This document shows positions 10,100-25,500 of a DNA stretch of 64,000 bases, piece after piece. Under the pieces are notes generated by a model. That model was not told where the DNA came from and did no database searches. It was given only the letters and a program-made list of their open reading frames with translations. This DNA comes from a virus. The translations under genes and the position numbers were made by a program. Positions within the stretch are counted from its first letter, which is position 1. Each line of letters begins with the position of its first letter. Location: positions 1-64,000 of IMG/VR virus record IMGVR_UViG_3300017967_005407. One strand, 5' to 3'.

Positions 10100-13000
10100 A
10101 TGGCTATAACTGATAGACAAAACAAATTGCTCAAAGCTGAAGATTGGAAGCGTATATATCAAACTTTCCGTAACGCTGATTTTAAGAGCTACGATTTTGA
10201 CAATCTACGCAGAACAATGATTAACTATCTGCGTGAAAACTATCCTGAAGATTTTAATGATTATATTGAAAGCAGTGAATATATTGCATTAATAGATTTG
10301 ATTGCATTTTTAGGACAAAATATCAGCTATCGTGTTGATCTTAATGCAAGAGATAACTTTATAGAACTTGCCGAACGTAGAGAAAGTGTGTTAAGACACG
10401 CACGTCTTTTAAGTTATAATCCAAAAAGAAACAAGCCTGCAAACGGTTTATTAAAAATTGTAAGCGTTAGCACAACAGAATCTATAATTGATAGTAATAA
10501 TATTAATGTTGCTAACCAAAGTATACTTTGGAATGATAATACAAACTCTAATTGGCAAGAACAATTTACAAGAATTTTAAATGCTGCACTACCGGCACAA
10601 AATGGTATTGGTAAACCACTAAAAGATGGCAGCGTTAACGGTGTATCAACACAGCTTTATAGATTTAATGGAACAAGTAATACTGTTCCTGTTTATGAAT
10701 TTTCAAAATCAATTGATAATAAAAAAGAAAGTTTTGAAGTTGTAAGCACCAATTTTGACAATAATAAAATATATGAGGAAGCGCCATTACCTGGTAATAA
10801 CTTAGCATTTTTATATAGAGATAATGGCCAAGGCCCTGGTAGTACAAACAGTGGATATTTTTTACATTTTAGACAAGGTAAACTTTTAAACAACCAATTC
10901 CGTTTAGATGTAGCTGCACCGCATGAAACCGTTGATGTAAACACAGCAAACATCAATAACGATGATGTTTGGCTTTACAAATTAAATACTGATGGCAACG
11001 AATCAGATTTATGGAATAAAGTTGATGCAGTAGAAGGCAACAACATTGTTTACAATAGTTTAGAAAAAAATATAACAAATATTTACACTGTGTTAACAAA
11101 AGTAAACGATACAGTAAGTCTTGTTTTCAGTGATGGTGTTTTTGGCACTATTCCAAAAGGTAATTTTAGAATTTATTATAGACAAAGTGCTAATCGTCCA
11201 ATTAGAATTATTCCTGCAGAATTTACTGGTGTAAATGTAGTTGTACCTTATATTAGTAAAGCAGGAAAAGTAGAAAAGATTTCTTTAGTTCTTGAACTAC
11301 AAAGCACTATTACAAATGCTACAACTAGCGAAACTAATGCTAGTATTAAACAAAATGCACCTTCAAATTATTATACACAAGATAGATTGATAACTGGTGA
11401 AGACTATAATGTTGGTCCTTTAAGTGTAAGCCAAGAAATTGTAAAAACCAAAAGTGTTAACCGAACTAGTAGTGGTGTTAGTAGATATTTTGATTTGAGA
11501 GATTCTACAGGAAAATATAGCAATACTAATTTGTATGGCAACGACGGTTTAATATATAGAAATTATTTAAATGAAAAATTAAACTTTGAATTTGTTAATC
11601 AAACTGACATTGAATTTTTTGCTAGGAATACAATTATTGAACTTATAAAAAATAGTAAAATGCGTAATTACTATTTAGATAAATTTCCTAGAAATGAAAC
11701 TATTGCAAATTTTGGATTGACCTGGAATAAAGAAACATTTGATTTAAATCGTTGTACTGGTAAATTTATTGATACTGATGGTATTACTGCTACTCTTGGT
11801 AGTTTTACAAGTGGACTTTTAACATATATTAAACCTGGTGCTTATTTGAAATTTGAAGCACCTGTAGGATATTATTTCGATAGCACTGATAATAATAAAC
11901 TTAAACAGGGCACTGCAACTGTTAAAGGTGCTATAACATATAAATGGATAAAAGTTATTAGTGTATTTGAAAATGGAACTACTAACGATCCAGATACTAA
12001 TTTAGGTCCTGTAATTATTAATGATAACATTGAAACTGGCAGTAAGCTAGTAGAAATTATCCCAGTTCTTACAAAATCATTAGATGACGATACAATTAAT
12101 TTGTTTGTAGAGCAGATGTTTGCTTTTAAACGTTTTGGATTACGTTATGATTTTGAAAAAAGCAGATGGGATATAATACTCGATAAAGATTTAAGTTCTA
12201 GCCAAGAATTTAGTTTAAGTAGTACCGGAGATATATCTGGAAGAAACTTAGATGGCAGTTGGCTAATATTGTTTGAAAACAACGGTGTATATTATACTGT
12301 TACATATAGAGGTTTAAAATACATATTCAGTAGTTTAGACGAAATACGTTTTTACTTTGATAAAGTTGATAAAATCTATGATAGCAGAACACAAAGAATT
12401 GTAAAAGATAAAATACAAATTTTAAATATTAATAATAAACCTTTTGCTCTAGATTATTTTACAACTGACATTGATTGGCAAATAGTTTCTGATTATATTA
12501 ATATTGACAATTATGTTGATAGCACTAAAATAGAAATTGACTTTTTTGATTCAGACGACGATGGTGTTGTAGATAATCCTGATATTTTTACTGATTTTGT
12601 TGCTATAGATAATAATAGTTACGTTTATGAAAAGAAAATGTCTACCGGAGATACCGAAGCGTTTTATGCGATAGATAATGCTGTCGAAGGTATTATTGAT
12701 ACGTTTGAACTAGAACAAAACATCGGTGCTTTAAGTCAATATGATGAAGGTACAGTATTCTATTTTAGATCCACTGATATTTTTAAAAGGTTAGAAAGTA
12801 ATAGACTAATTATTGATGATAGATATAGAGCGTATATCGGAAGAGATAATATTAAGTTTAGATATTATCATGCTGCTAATGAGAATCGCAGATTAGATCC
12901 AAGTGTATCAAATATGATTGATACATATCTTTTAACTAGATCTTATGATACAGAATATAGGAAATGGATAGGCAATGAAATCAGTGATAAACCGTTGCCT

Positions 13001-13525
13001 CCAAGCAGTGATGAATTGTTTATCCAATATGGACAAGAAATTAATCAACGCAAAAGTATCAGTGACGAAGTAATATATCATCCTGTAAAATACAAAGCAT
13101 TATTTGGTAGTAAAGCACCGGTTGATTTACAAGCAAAAATTAAAATTGTAAAAAACAATGAACAAGTATTAAATGACAATGATATTAAGGCACGTGTAGT
13201 TTCTGCTATTAATACATTTTTTAGTTTAGAAAATTGGGACTTTGGAGAAACTTTTTATTTTAGTGAATTATCTACTTACATAGTTTCAACATTATCTCCT
13301 GATATTGCAAGTATAGTTTTAGTTCCAGTACAAGAAAATCAAAGTTTTGGAAGTTTATATGAAATCAAAGCAGAAAGTGATGAAATATTTGTAAGTGCAG
13401 CAACAGTTAATGACATTGAAATTATTGATGCAATTACAGCAACACGCTTAAAAGCCACAGGCACAATTGTTACCGCAACTAACACACAAAACGTTAATAT
13501 TCAAAGCAGTACATTAAGTGAATAA
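10100..13525 (+). CDS. gp6: Baseplate wedge subunit, gp6-like
   Basis: DFDNLR..MI.YL, FNDY.ESS, A..RESV...A..L.Y.P, FSDGVFG.IP and QDRLITGEDY motifs; follows gp25. Confidence 0.85.
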   Translation: MAITDRQNKLLKAEDWKRIYQTFRNADFKSYDFDNLRRTMINYLRENYPEDFNDYIESSEYIALIDLIAFLGQNISYRVDLNARDNFIELAERRESVLRHARLLSYNPKRNKPANGLLKIVSVSTTESIIDSNNINVANQSILWNDNTNSNWQEQFTRILNAALPAQNGIGKPLKDGSVNGVSTQLYRFNGTSNTVPVYEFSKSIDNKKESFEVVSTNFDNNKIYEEAPLPGNNLAFLYRDNGQGPGSTNSGYFLHFRQGKLLNNQFRLDVAAPHETVDVNTANINNDDVWLYKLNTDGNESDLWNKVDAVEGNNIVYNSLEKNITNIYTVLTKVNDTVSLVFSDGVFGTIPKGNFRIYYRQSANRPIRIIPAEFTGVNVVVPYISKAGKVEKISLVLELQSTITNATTSETNASIKQNAPSNYYTQDRLITGEDYNVGPLSVSQEIVKTKSVNRTSSGVSRYFDLRDSTGKYSNTNLYGNDGLIYRNYLNEKLNFEFVNQTDIEFFARNTIIELIKNSKMRNYYLDKFPRNETIANFGLTWNKETFDLNRCTGKFIDTDGITATLGSFTSGLLTYIKPGAYLKFEAPVGYYFDSTDNNKLKQGTATVKGAITYKWIKVISVFENGTTNDPDTNLGPVIINDNIETGSKLVEIIPVLTKSLDDDTINLFVEQMFAFKRFGLRYDFEKSRWDIILDKDLSSSQEFSLSSTGDISGRNLDGSWLILFENNGVYYTVTYRGLKYIFSSLDEIRFYFDKVDKIYDSRTQRIVKDKIQILNINNKPFALDYFTTDIDWQIVSDYINIDNYVDSTKIEIDFFDSDDDGVVDNPDIFTDFVAIDNNSYVYEKKMSTGDTEAFYAIDNAVEGIIDTFELEQNIGALSQYDEGTVFYFRSTDIFKRLESNRLIIDDRYRAYIGRDNIKFRYYHAANENRRLDPSVSNMIDTYLLTRSYDTEYRKWIGNEISDKPLPPSSDELFIQYGQEINQRKSISDEVIYHPVKYKALFGSKAPVDLQAKIKIVKNNEQVLNDNDIKARVVSAINTFFSLENWDFGETFYFSELSTYIVSTLSPDIASIVLVPVQENQSFGSLYEIKAESDEIFVSAATVNDIEIIDAITATRLKATGTIVTATNTQNVNIQSSTLSE

Positions 13526-13542
13526 TAGAGGAATATCAAAGT

Positions 13543-16500
13543 ATGGCATATAACGACCAGCAACAAGAATTTCCAGTTGGTGATAACAGGAAGAAGAGTA
13601 GCAAATTTTTACCTCGTTATTTTAGAACAAGTACCAATGAAAAACTTACAGGTTCTACTATAGACCAACTTTTTTCAACAGGCGCAGTTGAAAAAATAAA
13701 TGCATTTGTAGGTAGAAAAAACGCCAAAGCTAATATTAACAACAGCACTTATCTTACAGAAATAAACTCATTAAGACAAAATTATCAGTTAGATCCTAGT
13801 ATCAATATCAAAGATGATTTGGATAATGTTGTATTTCATAAAGATTACATTGACTATATTGGTCAATTAAACAGTTTTTACAGTAATACAAAAAATCAAA
13901 GCAAATTAAATGAACAAGAAATATATTCTTGGAATCCAAATATTAACTTTGATATGTTTACAAATTTCCGTGAATACTATTGGTTACCAAATGGGCCTCA
14001 AACAGTTACAGTTACAGGTAATCAAAGAAACGTAGTAAGCACTTACAAAGTAAGTGTTGTAGATGACGGTGATAATTTTGCATATGTTTTTACTCCTGAT
14101 AAACTTACTAGAAATCCACTACTTACATTATACAAAGGACAAACATACAGATTTGAAATTAATACTCCGGGACATCCTTTTGCATTTGCAATAAGTAGAG
14201 AATTTTTACCTGGTTTAACATATGAAGACAGTGTTAGAAATGAAAGCACACTTTATACAACTGGAATTACAACTACAAATGCAGATGTTGATGGATATGT
14301 AGAAAATGGTATTATAGAATTCACAATTGCAGATAACACACCAGATAGTTTATTTTATATTAGCAAAGAAGATATTAATACAAGTGGACTTCTTAATATA
14401 GCAAGTATTGAAGAAAACACAGTATTAGATGTTGATAAAGAAATAGTAGGAAAAACAACATATACTACAGGGCAAGGCTGGAGTTTGAGCAACGGTATGA
14501 AAATTACTTTTGCAGGAAATATTACACCAGAAAAGTATTCTTCGGGTGAGTTTTATGTTGAAGGTGTTGGAAAAGAAATAGTACTTATACCACTGGAAGA
14601 TTTAACAACTGTAGATTTATTATCAGATGACGAGAATGTTCCATTTGATGTATATGGATTTGATAGATTGCCGTGGAGTACTACAGTAGGATATCCTGCG
14701 GTAAAAGATTACATTATTAGTAATAGATCAAGTAAAGATAAAAATCCTTGGGCACGTTATAACAGATGGTTCCACATTAGTGTCATCAATGAAAGTGCAA
14801 ATATTAACAAACAGGATTATATTTTACCTGAAAATAGTAGAGCAAAACGTCCTATCATTGAATTTGCTCCTGGTATTAAAATGTGGCATAATGGAACAGT
14901 ATGCAAAACACCTATTGATTTAATTGATGATTGGACAAAAGACGTATTTTCTATTATAGAGGGCAGAGAAGGTTATAATATTGATAATGTCGATGTTGTG
15001 GATGGAATGCGTATCTTGTTTACAGCTGACACAGATCCTCAAGTTAAAAATAAAATTTACAAAGTAGAATTTATAAAGTTTCAAAACAAAACACAAATTT
15101 CTTTAGTAGAAGAGCCAGATGCTTTACCAAATGAAGATGAAATAGTTTTAGTTACTAGCGGAAAAATAAATTCTGGAAAACAGTATTTTTATACAAATGG
15201 ATCGTGGAAAAAAGCACAAGAAAAAATCAGTGTAAATCAAACTCCGTTGTTTGATATGTTTGATGAAAATGGAATTTCTTATGGTGATGAATTCTATACA
15301 AGCAATGACTTTGTAGGAAACACAATCTTTTCATATAAGCAAGGGTCGGGATCAAACGATAGTGAATTAGGATTTCCAATAAGTTATAAAAATATTGATA
15401 ATGTTGGTGATATAGTTTTTGAATTTAATTTGTTAAAACAAGTTAACACTTATATTGTAGATGATGAAACAGTAAACTTACCGTCAAACAAAGGTTTCCT
15501 AAAAATCACAGACAGTTATAATGCTGAAGAAAGTTTTACAAATGCTTGGAAAAAGCACTATAAGAAAAGTTCTCAAGCAGTAATATTGGATTATCAAGGC
15601 AATGAGCAAACAAACAATTACGAAATCAACTGTTTTGAAAAAAGCGAAAGATTAAATGATTTACAATTAAAAGTATTTACAAATCGTAAATTTTTGAAAC
15701 TAGGCACAGATTATACCCTAACTGCAAATGCTAGAGAAAATGTTGTTATTAATTTAGTAGAAGATATTGCTGAAAATGACAGACTTATAATCAAGTGTTA
15801 TAGTGAATCTGAAAAAAATTCTAATGGTTATTATGAGACTGCATATAACCTTGAAAGAAATCCTAATAATTTGGATGTTACTGAATTTACTATTGGCGAA
15901 GTAAATGATCATGTTCAAACAATTGTTGAGAATATTGACAACTTTAACGGAATACATCCAGGTGTAGGAAATTTACGAGATTTAGGACCTATAGAAATTT
16001 ATGGTGATAGATTTGTTACACATTCAGGACCAATTGGATTACCGTTATATCATTTAACATCAAAAGAACACAATGTTGTAAACAGTATAAAACTGGCATT
16101 AAGAGAATATAGTAAATTCAAAAGAGAGTTTTTAAGAATTGCCACATATGATGGATATAATAATACAATTGTAAAACATGTTGATTATTTGTTAGGTCAG
16201 TTTGCAAGTAGCAAAACTCGTAGTGATGCGTTTTATGATAGTGATACTGTGCCATTTGGCGGAAAAAATATAATCGAATATACAGTTTTAGATGCAGGAA
16301 ATCCTTATTATCCATTAACTACAGCGTTCGATATAACATCACTTAGCTCTAAAGCAGTTTTGATTTACAAAAACGGTGTACAATTATTATATGGTATTGA
16401 TTATGAATTTACTACCGAAGGATTTGTATATATTTTTACAGTTCAAAATGATGATAAAATTGAAATACACGAATATGAAACAACCGATGGTTGTTTTGTT

Positions 16501-19500
16501 CCGCCTACTCCTAGTAAGTTAGGACTATATCCATTATACGAACCAAAAATTTATGTTGATACTTCTTATAGTACTCCTACCAAAGTAGTTAGAGGACACG
16601 ATGGAAGTAGAACTGTTGCATTTGATGATTTTAGAGATGAATTGCTTTTAGAATTAGAGAAAAGAATCTTTAATAATGTTAAAAATAGATATGACGCAGA
16701 AATTTTTAATATCTATGATTTTGTACCAGGACGTTACAGAAACACTGGATTAAGTCAAAAAGATATAGATTTTATTCTTATCGCAGATTTTATAAATTGG
16801 ACTAATGTTTCTCAGGTTTACGATTATCAAGAAAACAAATACAGTGATATAAATGATTCTTTTTCATACAATTATAAAGTTTCAAGCGACATTGATGGAA
16901 ATAGATTAGAAGGCTTTTGGAGAGCTGTATATAAAAATGCGTATGATACAGATACTCCTAATTTAACACCTTGGGAAATGTTAGGTTTTACTGTACAGCC
17001 AACTTGGTGGGAAAGTGTTTACGGTCCTGCGCCTTATACATTAGATAACATTCCATTATGGAAAGACTTAGAAGCAGGTATAATTAGAGAACCAAATAAA
17101 CTAATTAGAAAAAATGTAAAATTTGCTCGTCCTAATCTTACAAAACAAATACCAGTTAACGAAAATGGGCAGTTGAGAAGTCCTTTTGAAACTGGATTTG
17201 CAAAAGATTTTAGTTTTGCAAATCAAATTGGATACAGTCTTGAATTTGGTGATCAAGGACCTGCTGAAACAGCATGGCGTAGAAGTAGCGAATATCCATT
17301 TAGTTTAATTACAGCACTATTGTTACTTAGACCTGCACAAATTTTTGGTTTAACTTATGATAATAGTAAAATTAAGAAAAACTTAGCAGGAAATATAGTT
17401 TACAATGATGCCGGAATAAGAACTTCTAAAATTGATTTCGATAATCTTACTAGTGGATTAATAAATTATATCAAAGGATTAATCAATTTTAAAAGCATGT
17501 CTTTTGAAAAATATAAAGATGATGTTAAAAATATAAGTTTTAATTTAAGTTTTAGACTTGCTGGCTTTAGTGATAAAGAAAAAGTAAATCTTGTGTTAGA
17601 CAGTAAAACTCCTAACAGCAGCGGCGACATATTTACGCCTCAAGAAAATTACAATTTATTTTTAAAAACTAGCAGTCCATATGATGTAGCTACTTATAGT
17701 GGTGTTGTAATAGAAAAAGTTGCAACTGGATATAATATAAGAGGTTACGATAGATATAATCCGCAATTTACATATTATGATGTTATACCATCAAATAATG
17801 ATCCGTTTTTCACAGTAGGAGGTATAAGCGAAACATTTAGTAATTGGACAAGTGAAAAATTATATGTTGCAGGTGGAATTGTTAGATTTAGTGACGTTTA
17901 CTACAGAGTTAACGAAACACACACAAGTGGAAATGATTTTGATAATACAAAATTTAGCAAGTTAGCAGAATTGCCAACTGTTGGTGGTAGAACAGCAAGA
18001 TTTAGTAAAAGATTTTCAACTCAAAAATCTACTCTCCAATATGGTACAGTTTTAAAAACTTATCAGCAAGTTGTAGATTTTCTTTTAGGATATGATAGAT
18101 ACTTACAAGAAATTGGATTTGAATTTGACTACAATAATTCAAATTACGGAATTGTTGAAAACTTTAGACTAAGTGCAAAAGAATTCTTGTTTTGGACTAC
18201 ACAAAACTGGGGCGAAAATAGTGTAATAAGTTTATCACCTAGTGCAAACCAAATAAAATTTAAAAGAAATTTCTACTTACCCGACAGCTTGTATGATGGT
18301 ATTTTTGACTATGAAATACTAGATCAAGACGGTAAATTGCTTTCTAATGAATTTGTTAATTTGGTTAGAGATACAGACAATACTTTTAGTTTAGCAAGTA
18401 ACGATGAAAATATAGGTGTTTACTTTGTAAGACTATTCTTAGTTCAAAAAGAACATTGTATTGTTATAGATAATAACACTGTTTTTGCTGATACTATCTA
18501 TAATGAAACAAGTGGATATAGACAAGAGAGAATCAAAGTAGTTGGTTATAAAACAGCAGATTGGAGTGGTACATTAAATATTCCAGGATTTGTGTTTGAC
18601 GAACCTAAAGCAACAAAATGGAAAAGTTATGCTGATTACATAATTGGTGATGTAGTACAATATAAAGACAAATATTATACAGCTATATTAAGTCATACGA
18701 GTGCAGAATTCTTTAATGCTACAAATTGGACTATCTTAAGTGAAAAGCCAACTAATCAGCTAATACCAAACTTTGATTACCGTGCAAGTCAATTTGCTGA
18801 TTTTTATGACCTAGATACAGATAATTTTGATACAGAACAACAAAGGTTAGCACAACATCTAATTGGATATCAAAAAAGAGAATACCTAAAAAATATAATC
18901 AACGATGATATTAGTCAATACAAATTCTATCAAGGAATGATACAAGACAAAGGCACTAAAAATGTTTTAACAAAATTGTTTGACAAATTAAGTGCTGCTG
19001 ATAAAGATAGCATTGAGTTTTTTGAAGAATGGGCTATTAGAGCAGGACAATATGGTGCTACAGATAGTTTTGATGAGTTTGAAATTACTATAGATGAATC
19101 TAAATATAAGTTATCACCTCAACCCTTTGAATTAGTTAAATCTGTTGATAGAACAAGAACTGATTTTATCTATCAAGTTCCTACAACTGATATAGAAATT
19201 AAACCTTTAAATTATAATGAAACTATTTTTGAATACAAAGATTATGAAGAAATTACTAAAACAGCTGGATATGTAGCACCGGCACAAATAGACTTTATCA
19301 CATCTGGTATAGATCAACTTCTTGGTTTTGATATAAATTTAGTTACACAAGGACAGTATGTTTGGGTAACTGAAGATGGACTAGATTGGAGTGTTTACGA
19401 ATTTGTTAAAAAAGATTATCAAGTTGAACGTATTGTAAAAACTCTTACAGGTTTTAAAGTTTTCTTTGATAAACAACACGATTTATCACCTAACGATGTT

Positions 19501-22500
19501 ATAGGCTTGACAAATATTACTGATGAACTTGACGGATTTAGACAAGTAATATATACTGGATATAAAGAAGTAGAATTTTACACAGAATCAGACATTGCTG
19601 AAGATGAAATTAATTTAGAAGATAGTAGCAAAGGTATTGTACTTAAAGTTGCATCGAGAAGATTTAATGATATTGATTCTTGTAATACAAATTTAACAGT
19701 TACAGACGTATCTGATGGTAAAAAAGTATGGATTGACAATATTGGAAATAACAAATGGTCAGTATTAGAAAATAAATCTGTATTTGATGTTGAAGATATT
19801 ATTGTAAATCCGCAAACAGGATTAAAAACTAACTTTGCAGATGCTATTGCTGTAGATCAAACAAACACCAGACTTGCTATAGGTGATCCTAATAGCAATG
19901 GCAGAGTTATAGTTTATAGTCGTATTGGTGAAAACGGAGACTTTACATCTACTGAAAATTATCAAGCAGATACAGCAATAGTAGGAAACAACAGCAGATT
20001 TGGTGCAAGTTTAGCTATGTCACCAAATGGAGACTACTTGTTTGTTGCAGCGCCAAATGCTGCAAACTTAAACACTAGATTCAAAGGTAATATTTTATCA
20101 GGCACCAGTTATAGTGCAGGTGATATTGTTAATGACCGAGGTACACTCTGGAGAGCTAAAGTAGATATTGATGGTAGTGATACAAGTACAATTAATAAAC
20201 TTAGCCAAGATTGGGAAGTTGCGCCGTTAATCGAAGTTGATAATGATGGCAGTTCAACAGCATCAGTAAGTGGTGCAGTTTCAATTTATAAAAAAGCCGA
20301 AGTAGGAACAACATATGAATTACAAACCACAATTGTAAGCCCAGACCCTACAGCCGCAGAGCAATTTGGCAGAATTGTAAAGTGTAGAAAAGACTTAGAC
20401 GGTATTTTACGTTTGTATATTGCTAGTAATGTAGCTGAAGGTAGAATATATTTCTTTGATAACGATACCGAAGATGGAAGTTTTAAATTCAGCAAAGATA
20501 ACAATTATAGAGGTAGTTTTTCTGTTGCAGAAAATTATGTCGAAGGTGAAATAGTCTGGTATAATACTACTGGTGGTGCCGACGGAGATAGTAACTTATA
20601 TCGTGCTACTAAAGATTTACCGGCTCAAACATTTAATTCAGCATTTTGGGAAGTATTAGATGTTTATGTAGATTATAAAGGATATATTCCACCACAAATT
20701 AACTTGTTAAAAGAAGAAAGCGATAATCTTGGTGTTGCAGATGGATTTGACATTGCTACTGACTTTGATGTAAGTTTAGATGGCGAAGTAATTATAGTTA
20801 ACGGCGAAGATGTTCTTAATACAAATAAAGTTAGCATATACAGAAGAGTTGATAACAGATACGCTTATTACGAAACTATTGAAACAAATGATATAGGCGA
20901 AGACTTTGGAAGAAATATTGCGGTCAGTGCAAACGGAAAAGCAATAGCAATATCGGCGATAAGAAATGATGACTTAGGAACCGATTATGGTGCTGTATAT
21001 GTTTACAGATACAATGGAAACGAATATGCACTCACACAAACTCTTTATCCGCCAACTGGCAATGATGGAGAATTGTTTGGTATTGATTTAAACTTCAGCG
21101 ATGAAAACTTAATCATTGCTAGTGCAAATGGATTTAGATCTAATCCAACATTGTTTGATCAAACGTTAATCCGTGTTGAAGATACAACATTTGACAATAA
21201 CACAACCAAGTTCTTTAATAAATTTGAAAATGGCGGAACTATATACATTTTCCAAAATTTCAATAACAACTATTTGTATGCTGAAGAATTGGATTGGAAC
21301 TACAACACAAAAGGCAGTTCGACTCCAATCTTATTAAGTAATTTTAATCACATTTATATAGGGTATCCTAGATTAGAATACACAGCAGATTACGGTGTTG
21401 TTGTTAATTTAAAAAGAGATAAAACAAAATATACTTGGAACAAATTATCGGAACAAATTGACACACCAGATATTAATAAAATTAAACGTGCATTCTTGTT
21501 TGATAAAACCAACAATGATATAATTACATTCCTTGATGTTGTGGATCCGATCCAAGGAAAAATAGCAGGTCCAGCAGAAGAAGCTATTGATTTAAAACTT
21601 GCATTTGATCCTGCAAGTTATTCTGTAGATGTAACCAATAACAACAACCAAGATTTTTGGGCTAGTGAATTTGTAGGTACATATTGGTGGAATACTGGAT
21701 CTACTAAGTGGTATAATCCTTATCAAGGTAATGCAGAAAACCAAACAAGTTTTTGGAATAAATTAATTCCTAATAGTACTACAGAAGTTTACGAATGGGT
21801 AGAGTCAGATTACTTGCCAAGTGAATGGGACGAACTTGCAGATACAAACGACGGTATCATAGAAGGCATCAGCGGTATTAGTAAATATGGAGATTTTAAA
21901 TACAGTGTTGGTCGTAAATTTAATAGTGTAACAGAAACATTTGAAACAAAGTATTATTTCTGGGTGCAAAACAATAAGCTTCGTACAAGCGAAAACAAAA
22001 AAATTAGTTCTTATGATGCACAACAATTAATAGTAGATCCTCAAGGATCAGGATATAGATTCATGAGTGCCTTAAGCACTGATAAATTTGCATTGCATAA
22101 CGTAGGTTCTTTAATAAAGGATAAAGATGTTGCTTTACACATTGATGTTTACAAAGGTGAAATAAACGATAGAAATATTCACACTGAATATAAACTTTTA
22201 AGTGAAGGATTAGCAGGAAGTAATCCACCAGAAACATTTATTAATAAATGGATTGATAGCTTGGTAGGTTATGATGTTAATAACAGACCAGTACCTGATC
22301 CTGATTTAGGCGAAACTAAAAAATACGGCATTGAAAATCGTCCAAGACAAGGTTTATTTAGGAACAATTTAGAAGCACTGAAACAAACTTTAGAAAGAAC
22401 AAACTATATTTTAAGACAACAAATTATTACTGATTTTAAAGATATAGACGACTTGTTCAAAGAAGATCAAAAACCTAGATTGTTAGAAGGCTTATTTGAT

Positions 22501-25500
22501 GTTGAAGTTGATACAGTTGATGATATAACAACAATAGGGGTAGCAAATACTAAACAAGCAACACTGACTCCTGTATTAGAAAATGGTAGACTTGTAAGTG
22601 TTATTGTAGATGACAGAGGGTATGGTTACAAATCTGCACCCCAAGTAACTGTTACAGGAACAGGCACAGATGCAGAAGTACAAGTAACTATCGATAATGT
22701 TGGCAGAATTAGTTCTGTGAAAATTGTTAATCAGGGTAATAATTATTCTTCTATGAACTTGTCAGTCCGTCCATTTAGTTTATTAATAAATTCTGATGCA
22801 GAACTTAATGGTAAATGGGCAATTTATGATTATGATTATAATGGCAACTTTGAAAGAGTAAAATATCAAAGGTGGACTGTTCCAAGTTACTGGAACTACA
22901 GCGATTGGTATGAAACAGGATATGATGCAAATACAGCTATTGATTACTTAATAGATGGTAGCTATCAGTTAGACAGTATTAACGATACAATTGGCGATGT
23001 TGTTAAAATCAAAGATGTTGGAACAGGTGGATGGTTGTTGTTACAAAAAATAGATGTCCAACCAGAAGTTGACTACACTGTAAACTACAAAACTATAGGA
23101 CGTCAAAATGGTACTATACAGTTTAGTAGTAGATTGTATCAAAATACAAATTTTGGTTTTGATAAAATCGGATTTGATAATTTAGTGTACGATACTGAAC
23201 CAGTTAATGAAAGACGTATTATATTAGAAACACTAAGAGATAAAATTCTAATAGATGATTTAGAATTAAAATTCAATGAAATACTGTTTACAGGTATTAG
23301 ATATGCATTGTATGAGCAACAAACAGTGGATTGGATATTTAAAACTAGCTTCTTAACAGCAAAACACAATGTAGGCGAATTAGATCAAAGAATCAACTTT
23401 AAATCAGATAATCTTGATAGTTACAAAGATTTTATTAGTGAAGTTAAACCTTACAGTAGTAAAATTAGAGAATACATCAGCGCATATGATAAAGTAGAAA
23501 ATTCTCAAACTATGATAAGTGATTTTGATTTACCTCCTAGATATGATCAGATTCAAAACAAAATTGTTACCGAAACAGTAAAATTCTACAATGAAAGAAT
23601 TGTAGGAGATAGAGAATTTATTGATACATATCCTCAAAAGAATTGGCTTGAAAATTACAAGTTTAAAATTCAAGAACTTGTAATTTACAATCAAGGTTAC
23701 GGTTTAAACAGTCAGCCAGTAATTACCATATCTGGAGGCAACGGACCTACACTAACAGGTAAAGGATTTAGAACCGGTGACAAACTTACATCAATTGACA
23801 TTGATTTTAGCGATGCGCTGTACACAAGTCAGCCTACTGTAACAGTAAATGGCAGTTTTGAAGATGATTATGAAATGCCAAGGATTATTGCAGTGATAGG
23901 TGATAGTCCTGTAAGAAGCACACATATGATTATGAAATTTGATCGTGTGTCAGGAAATTTTGTATTCACTGATTTGAAAACTGTTGAAACTTTTACAGGC
24001 ACAGGTGCAAAAAAAGTTTATACAACAAAATGGCCGTTAGATTTACGCAAGAGCAGAATTAATGTTACTGTCGATGGTAACAAAGTGTTATATACAGACT
24101 TTACAACAAGTAACATTGATGATACTTTAAAAACCTATGATAGAACTATTGGACAAATTGAATTTGAAACTGCACCAGAAAATAATAGTGTAATTGAAAT
24201 AACCTATTATAAAGATCCTGCAATGCTAGAAGCAGCTGATAGAATTAACTTTTTCTACAACCCAACAAGCGGTATGCCTGGTATAACTAAAAACGAAGAT
24301 GGCACAAAAAATCTTGGTCAGTTAATGACTGGCGTAGACTATGAAGGTGTTAAAGTTGAAAGTGTTGATTTTGAAACAGATCAAGGATTTGACATCGGTG
24401 GCTTTGGAATAATTCCGTGGGATATTTTTAATGAAACTGAAGATGAAATATTCACACTTGATGGCAGCACACTTGTACTAACATTGAGCAAGCCTTTAGA
24501 AGATGGAGTTGCATACAACATTTACAAAAATAATGTTCGTATAGATGATCCTAATTTTGATGGTAGTAGTGCAATTACAAATAAAAATGCTTTAATGAAT
24601 ACTGTTTACGGCGATGGTGTACAAGACGAAATAGCAATTGACAACGAAGTACCAACAGCCGAAGGCGATGTTTTCATTGTACGTAAATCTACAAGTGATG
24701 GTAGCTTTAATCCTGCAGACAACGTTTTAGATACCGAATTAACTGGCGGCGGATTTAACAATACTGCAAAAGGTTTAGATAGCGGTGAAATAGTTGTAGA
24801 CGGCGACGGTTTTGTAACTCCAATAACCAGTGCAGGACCTGAAGAAGTTGTACCTGGACAAATTGTTGATACATTAGACATACAGGTAAAACATAAGCCT
24901 GCAGATGGACAAGGTATTAAAACCAGTTACATTTATAAAACAAGTAGTAGTATTTTGTCTTATGCTATAGACATGTTGCCACAAAGTCAACAAGCAATAA
25001 TAGTTAATTTAAATGGTAACAAAGTAGATGATGCTTCGTATACTGTAGATTATGAAAACAATCTTTTAACATTTGAAGATGATAGTACAATACAAGATGA
25101 TATGGATTTACATATTATTGTCATAGGAAACAATGGTACTGATATACTAGAAAGCGATACATTTATCGGCGATGGAGTTACAAATATTTTTGTAACTGGT
25201 ATTAAATTTATAGATCCTTTAAGTAGTTTTGTTACTTTAAATGGTGAAGTACAGCAATTGGGTTTGAATTATGAAATTTTTGAAACTGATAGTACTTACA
25301 AGCAAGAAAATTGTGCTGCAATTAGATTCAGTAGAACACCTGCCATCGGCGAAGTAATTGGTTTCAGTTTATACAACAATGACGCAAAATCATTCAGTGA
25401 AATTATGGTTGATAAAAGTTTTATTGGCGATGGTGTAAATTATGTATACAAATTTGATGCAGATAAATTACCGTTTACTGAAAAACCATTTACTCACAAA